NCBI RefSeq assembly: GCF_006345805.1
Contig: NW_021825998.1
Coordinates: 1-13,910 of the forward strand
Reading direction: 5' to 3'
Length of the DNA stretch: 13,910 nt
Source: Octopus sinensis
Taxonomy: Eukaryota
Below, piece by piece: positions 8,607 through 13,910 of the stretch (the first letter of the stretch is position 1; every line of letters begins with the position of its first letter). A program made the position numbers and the translations under genes. The notes beneath the pieces are model-generated. The model had not been told where the DNA came from. It saw only the letters and a program-made list of their open reading frames with translations, and ran no database searches.

Positions 8607-8720
8607 AGAGAGAGAGAGAGAGAGACAGATAGATAGAGAGAGAGACAAACAGACAGACAGATAGATAGATAGAAAGAGAGAGAGAGAGAGAGAGAGCTGT
8701 TATAGTGTGTGTGTGTGTGT
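8607..8720. repeat. Compound (AG)n/(AGAC)/(AGAT)n plus (TG)n microsatellite
   Basis: Read directly from the sequence. Confidence 0.95.
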
Positions 8721-9263
8721 AGTTTGTAAAATCTCAGGAAGTAAAGTGAGTCAGCACATCAAAGTGGCTGCTGAAGGTTACTACTAGTTTAACCCCAGGC
8801 AGATTCTCCACCAGTGGGTTATCGCTGCTACACTGCACCCTTTATATACAATATCTTGTTAGCAGTGGTGGGGAGGGGTGGTGTCGTACCTCGGTAAACT
8901 TTCAGATTAACACCCGCACGATTTTCGCCAAGAAAGAAAAAAACTCGAATTTTTTTTGCATGGAATGAAGTACCCTGACCTCCAAATATGCTGGAAATCA
9001 CTTATTATGGTTCAGAAGAAAAGGGTGCCACGACGGGGACGCACTCCCACCCCATTCCCAAATCATTGGAAATTATTAATTTTGGTTTTTGTTGGATGAA
9101 TTCCTGTGACCTATTATGCTACAAAACCCTTTTTGGGTCTGCAAAACGGGGTGGGGTGAGGCGGAAGCCTTGGAAATTGTACCCACTCCCAACATTTTAC
9201 AGAAATAAATTTTCCAGAGTGTGAATTACATGGTTCGTTATTAAATATATATATATATATACA

Positions 9264-9460
9264 TCTCTTTTATAAAATCCGTTCTGTCTGTCTGTGTGTC
9301 TTCTAGGATCTCAGGCATCCTCCATCCGATTGCGCTCAAATTTGATATGTAGATACCAATGGTATCAGGGCATGTATAAGTCTTTAAAAAATTACAAAAA
9401 TCGATTCCAGGGGAGAATGTGATCGATAAATCCGTGAGAACGTGCATTTGTACGTGCTAG
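9264..9460 (+). mobile_element. Short non-autonomous Helitron-like element (~197 bp)
   Basis: It begins A|TC (9263|9264) and ends CTAG|T (9457-9460|9461), the Helitron AT-insertion signature. A (TCTG)n tract lies near the 5' end and a small hairpin ACGTGC-ATTT-GTACGT lies near the 3' end. Confidence 0.5.
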
Positions 9461-9957
9461 TACATTAGCTGTTGCAATCGATACTATGCATACGCAAGAA
9501 AATTGCACGTGCAGTTTGCGCAAAAAAGCCGGCTGGCTTGAAATAATGCCACAAAATGCAGAATATTTAAGAGACCAAAAAAGTAAGATGCAAAAGAGAT
9601 ATTTTCTCCAAACTTGGCATGAAGGAAGGAAAAACTATTTTGTTTCTGAAGAAGTCTTTTTTTTTTTTTGCCTTATTTCGTTTAACAAAACCAAAAGTTT
9701 TATTGAAATAAAGGCATGCTTAATTATTTTTTAATGAAAAGAAAACACAGATTGCTTTTTAGTTCAAGGAAGAAAATATTATTTTCTGTTAATAAATGAT
9801 TTTCCATGTTTGTGTTCTCCCAGTCTACAGACTTATCATTTCTAGTACTTTAAACTCTTCGGTTGCATATTTGGGTGAATAAAATCGTTTTTCTTTGGAA
9901 TAGAAAAAAAGTCTATCTTATTTCTTCTTTTGCTGGTGTCTCAAATTTAGGTTAAAT

Positions 9958-9971
9958 CAGTGCTTCTCAAA
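9958..9971 (+). mobile_element. Isolated hAT/Charlie-type terminal motif CAGTGCTTCTCAAA
   Basis: Matches a common hAT TIR. Only a partial partner (TTTGAGAA, 10004-10011) is visible. Confidence 0.3.
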
Positions 9972-10074
9972 GGGGTGGCCTATGGGACTGTCGGACAAGT
10001 TGTTTTGAGAAAATTTGGTTTAAATGTTTGACAACTCAGCACCGTCCATTAGGCGGGGGGGGGGTGTTTTGCTC

Positions 10075-10109
10075 GTATATACATGTGTGTGTGTGTATAC
10101 ATATATATA

Positions 10110-10142
<33 letters not shown>

Positions 10143-10531
10143 GTGTGTGTGTGTGTATACATATATATGTGTGTGTGTATCTATACATATAATATGTGTG
10201 TGTGGATATATATATATGTGTGTGTTGTGTATACATATATATGGTGTGTGTATACATATATATGTGTGTGTGTGTGTATATATATATAACATATATGTAT
10301 GTGTATATATATATTCATACATATATATATTCCTGCATATATATACATGTGTATATATATGCATATATATCTATCATACATATATATGCATATATATACA
10401 TGATATATATATATATATCTATACATATACTCCACACACATATATATATTCATATATATATGTATGTATATATATATGTATGTATGTATATATTCATACA
10501 TTTACTCACACACACACACACCCACACATAT
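10075..10531. repeat. ~450-bp compound (TG)n/(TA)n/(CA)n microsatellite abutting the RTE tail
   Basis: Read directly from the sequence. Confidence 0.95.
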
Positions 10532-10689
10532 ATCATCATCATCGTCATTTAGCGTTCGCTTTCCATGCTAGCATGGGTTGGACGGTTCAACTGGGGTCTG
10601 GAAAGCTAGAAGGCTGCATCAGGCCCAGTCTGATCTGGCAGTGTTTCTATGGCTGGATGCCCTTCCTAACGCCAACCACTCCGTGAGTG

Positions 10690-11035
10690 TAGTAGGTGCT
10701 TTTTATGTGCCACCCGCACAGGTGCCAGACAGAGCTTGCAAACGTCCACGGATGGATGGTGATTTTTACGTGCCACCGACACGGGGGCCAGGCGAGTCTG
10801 GCAATGGCCACGAACGGATGGAGCTTTTACGTGCCACCGGATCGGGGGCCAGACGGGGCTGGCAAGGACCATGAACGGATGGTGCTACATGCTACCGATA
10901 CGGGGGCCAAGTGAGGCTGGTAATGGCCACGAACGGATGGTGCTTTTTACGTGCCTCCAGCATGGAGGCCAGTCGGGGTGGCGCTGGCAACGGCCACGAT
11001 CGGATGGTTCGCTTACTTGTCACCGGCACTGGTAT
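10690..11035 (-). repeat. About 6 tandem units of ~58-67 bp in the RTE 3' UTR
   Basis: The anchor GGATGG recurs at 10753, 10816, 10877, 10935 and 11002, each followed by variants of TGCTTTTTACGTGCCACCG..GGGGGCCAG..CTGGCAA.GGCCACGA. Confidence 0.9.
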
Positions 11036-11256
11036 CACAGCTGCGATTTCCATTGATGTTGATCGACTTTGATTTTGGTTCTGCTTTCTGATATCTGATT
11101 GATTTGGTTTGATTTTGAATTTGATTTTTTGATTTTTTGATTTTGATTTTCAATTGCCTCAACGGGTCTTCACAAGTGGAGTTCTGTGTCAAGAAGGAAA
11201 GGTATGTATAAGTCGACTGGCTACATACCAGGTAGAGGCCACGGGTTATGGTCTCA

Positions 11257-11978
11257 CTAGTCTTGCTGGGTCTTCTCACGCACAGCATACTTCCATAGGT
11301 CTATGTCTCTAGTCATTTCCTTGGTGAGAACTAAAGTTCGGAGGTCGTGCTTCACCACCTCATCCCAGGTTTTCCTGGGTCTACCTCTTCCACAGGTTCC
11401 CTCAACTGCTAGGGTGTGGCACTTTTGCACACAACTATCTTCAGCCATTCTCGTCACATGACCATACCAGCGCAGACGTCTCTCTTGCACACCACAACTG
11501 ATGCTTCTTAGGTCCAACTTTTCTTTCAAGGTACTTACACTCTGTCGATTATGAACACTGACATTACACATCCATCGGAGCATACGGGCTTCATTTCTTG
11601 CGAGCTTACACATATCCTCAGCAGTCACAGCCCATGTTTCACTACCATGTAGCATGGCTGTACGTACACATGCATCATACAATCTGCCTTTTACTCTGAG
11701 CGAGAGGCCTTTTGTCACTAGCAGGGGTAAGAGGTCTCTAAACTTTGCCCAGGCTATTCTTACTCTAGCAGTTACACTTTCAGCACACCCACCCCCGCTA
11801 CTGACTTGGTCACCTAGGTAGCGGAAGCTATCAACTACTTCTAGTTTTTCTCCCTGGAACGTGGTAGAAGTTGGTCTTGCACATTTTCAGAGTTTATTGC
11901 TCCTGAGCATCTGCCACAGACAAAAACTATTTTCCTAGTTAGCCTTCCTTTGACATTGCTGCACCTCTTATGTGTCCA
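11257..11978 (-). pseudogene. C-terminal fragment of RTE ORF2 (end of RT region, no catalytic core)
   Basis: Open for 210 codons (11886 to the stop at 11257). One frameshift near 11880 separates the upstream WTHKRCSNVKGRLTRKIVFVCGRC segment. Confidence 0.85.
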
Positions 11979-12436
11979 CTGCAATCAAACAGTCACAGGC
12001 TGAATGAAAACAGAAACTGTAGTGGAGTATAAATCAGATGAGGGGGAAAAATAAATAAAGTGTTTAAAAAAAAAGAACCAACAAAAAACAGGAGGTAATT
12101 TAGAAAAAAAGAAAGGAAAAGAAATCCAAAGCAGAAGATTAAATAAACTTTAAAAATCCTGACAGGGAAGAAATGAAAGAACTCAGACACAACATTTGAC
12201 AGTAAAAATTATAAATATAATTTAAGAGTAAATATTGCTGAGGAAGTGAAAAACAAATTTAAAAAATACAAAAACATAAAAAAAGAGAGAGGAAAGTTTG
12301 TAATTTTATAAATGACATTAAATTAAACATTCAGACGTTTGCCAGAATCTTAAATTCTGTATCATCTTTGTTTTGTGGATTTTTCCAGATAAACTTCTTT
12401 TGAAAATTCCAAAATTGTTTCATCACAGCCTTCTTA

Positions 12437-13030
12437 TTACGTAGTCGGAGGCTGCCGATTTCTTTTGATTTCATTGCTTTCAGTGGGGTCAGTGGAAGCC
12501 CCTGCAAGTGTGAGTGCAGGGCTGTTGGCGAGGGAAGCAATTTGAGGAGATTGGTACAATTTTCGACAAGCTCCCAATCCAGAGTCTTTTGAAATATGTG
12601 GAGTGTCTCTAGAAGAGCAGATAAATTCTCGTTCAAAGAAATGCTTGTTACTACTTTGCTCAAAATCTGACAAATCAGTATTTTCTTTATTATGTGATCT
12701 CGATCTTCGATGTTCTAACATTCCTCTGTGTCTGCGATTACTTGAAGAATTGTTGTTATTGGCTCTCTTATCGTGATTTATTTTGGCCACTTGTCTGTGG
12801 ACCTTTGGTTTGGCACCTTCTGGCTTCATTTGATTGTCTTTAGAGATGTTAGATATTGGACTGAAAGGAGACAGACCTTTGTGACAATGGGATGACTTGA
12901 CAGGAGAAAAATACAGAGAACTAGTGTCTTGGAATGAATCAGCTGGCAAACTTTGATTGCTGTATGAAGATTTATCTTTGCAAAGCTGATTCGTTGAATA
13001 TACTGAATGAGGCACTTTTTTTACTCTTAG
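12437..13030 (-). CDS. Probable coding segment B, Ser/Asn/Lys/Arg-rich disordered region, likely the continuation of segment A after a +1 shift
   Basis: More than 190 stop-free codons in AT-rich, non-repetitive DNA, overlapping the end of segment A. It ends in a double stop TAA TAA and is followed by very AT-rich, UTR-like DNA. Confidence 0.5.
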   Translation of the reverse strand, partial: LRVKKVPHSVYSTNQLCKDKSSYSNQSLPADSFQDTSSLYFSPVKSSHCHKGLSPFSPISNISKDNQMKPEGAKPKVHRQVAKINHDKRANNNNSSSNRRHRGMLEHRRSRSHNKENTDLSDFEQSSNKHFFEREFICSSRDTPHISKDSGLGACRKLYQSPQIASLANSPALTLAGASTDPTESNEIKRNRQPPTT

Positions 13031-13070
13031 CTAAAATTTGGTTGTGATTTTGTGTGGAAACAGCAGCAGC

Positions 13071-13105
<35 letters not shown>

Positions 13106-13188
13106 CAGCATTTTGCTGTTCTGAAGATGTTGAAGAAGAATCATGAAGAGCAGCATTCTGCATTTTGGAAGCATGATGATGGTGATGG

Positions 13189-13237
<49 letters not shown>

Positions 13238-13281
13238 GGTGGTGGTGGTGATGATGGTGGTGGTGATTGTGGTGGTGGTGG

Positions 13282-13312
<31 letters not shown>

Positions 13313-13910
13313 TGTGGTGATGATGATGATGATGATGGTGGTGGGGGTGGGGTGGTGATGATGGTGGTGGTGGTGGTGGTGGTGATGATGGTGGTGGTGG
13401 TGGTGATGATGGTGGTGGTGGTGATGATGATGGTGGTGGTGGTTGGTTGTGTGGTGGTGGTGGTGATGATGGTGGTGGTGGTGGTGGTGGTGATGATGGT
13501 GATGATGATGATGGTGGTGGTGGTTGTGGTGGTGGTGGATGATGATGATGATGATGGTGGTGGGGATGGGGGTGATGATGGTGGTGGTGATGATGATGAT
13601 GATGGTGGTGGGGATGGGGGTGGGGTGGTGATGTGGTGGTGGTGATGATGATGGTGGTGGTGGTAGTGTAGTAGCGGTGGTGGTGGTGATGATGATGGTG
13701 GTGGTGGTGGTGGTGGGGGTGGTGGTGGTGGTGGTGGTGGTGTGATGATGATGTGATGATGATGTTGTTATTTTCCTCAATGATTAATGAAAGAGAACCC
13801 ATATCAATAGAAAAGGGAGAGATAATTACTGGCCCTTTTCTCTCAAGTGATAGTCTTTCTGACTGTTTCGGGTTGATGACAGAATATTTGATGACAGAAT
13901 GTTGAAAAGA
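12972..13910 (-). CDS. Probable coding exon segment A, low-complexity His/Pro/Thr/Ser-rich protein; open to the window edge
   Basis: This is the only minus frame open from 13910 (SFQHSVIKYSVINPKQSERL...). After the triplet tract it reads HASKMQNAALHDSSSTSSEQQNAATTTTTTTTTTAAAVSTQNHNQ. Openness inside the tract is uninformative, and no domain was recognised. Confidence 0.5.
13173..13765. repeat. ~590-bp compound (GAT/GGT)n trinucleotide tract [(CAT/CAC)n on minus]
   Basis: Read directly from the sequence. The triplet phase changes several times along the tract. Confidence 0.95.

Larger units (their letters stand above)
10532..11980 (-). mobile_element. 5'-truncated RTE-clade LINE (BovB/Expander-like) with a long 3' UTR and (GAT)n tail
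   Basis: Minus-strand ORF with EVVDSFRYLG, LHGSETW, RRLRWYGHVTRM and GRGRPRKTW, which are RTE C-terminal hallmarks. The tail reads ATCATCATCATCGTCAT on plus at 10532-10548. Confidence 0.9.

Noticed and set aside
9042-9191. Short inverted and direct repeats (CCCACCCC/GGGGTGGG; CACTCCCA twice; TTGGAAATT twice)
   Set aside because: They are only 8-9 bp with no definable element ends. This could be an unclassified transposon, but I cannot support it.
1839-11980. Minus-strand bias of retroelements (6 of 8)
   Set aside because: The sample is too small, and the two SINE B copies may not be independent.
10532-11990. Target-site duplication for the RTE insertion
   Set aside because: The 3' flank is microsatellite and has no match to the 5' flank (GCAATCAAAC).
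13127-13645. Plus-strand Asp/Gly/Val/Met-rich ORFs
   Set aside because: They are antisense readings of the triplet tract. The flanking unique sequence supports the minus strand.

Overview
This is eukaryotic, repeat-dense DNA, most likely from an octopod cephalopod. That assignment is inferred from the SINE and RTE families I recognise from memory and was not checked against a database. I found no prokaryotic genes, CRISPR array or complete RNA gene. From left to right: (1) a decayed Tx1/L1-clade LINE (1-~2632, +), cleanly interrupted by a tRNA-derived SINE with a 7-bp TSD; (2) a zone (~3240-8300) seeded with about 17 copies of a short element whose core GCTGCTA-GAAA-TAGCAGC is a perfect hairpin, which also holds a diverged ~1.6/2.1-kb tandem duplication with nested SINEs and a hAT-like MITE; (3) microsatellites and a ~200-bp Helitron-like element; (4) a 5'-truncated RTE LINE (-) with a half PHD-like Cys/His motif and a 3' UTR array of ~60-bp double-hairpin units; (5) a probable large coding exon (-, 12437 to beyond 13910) for a disordered His/Pro/Thr/Ser-rich protein, split by one apparent +1 frameshift at an A7 run. 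I see no convincing new multi-gene system. The best leads are the hairpin element arrays, the structured RTE UTR repeat, the block-conserved duplicated segment and the frameshifted poly-His exon.
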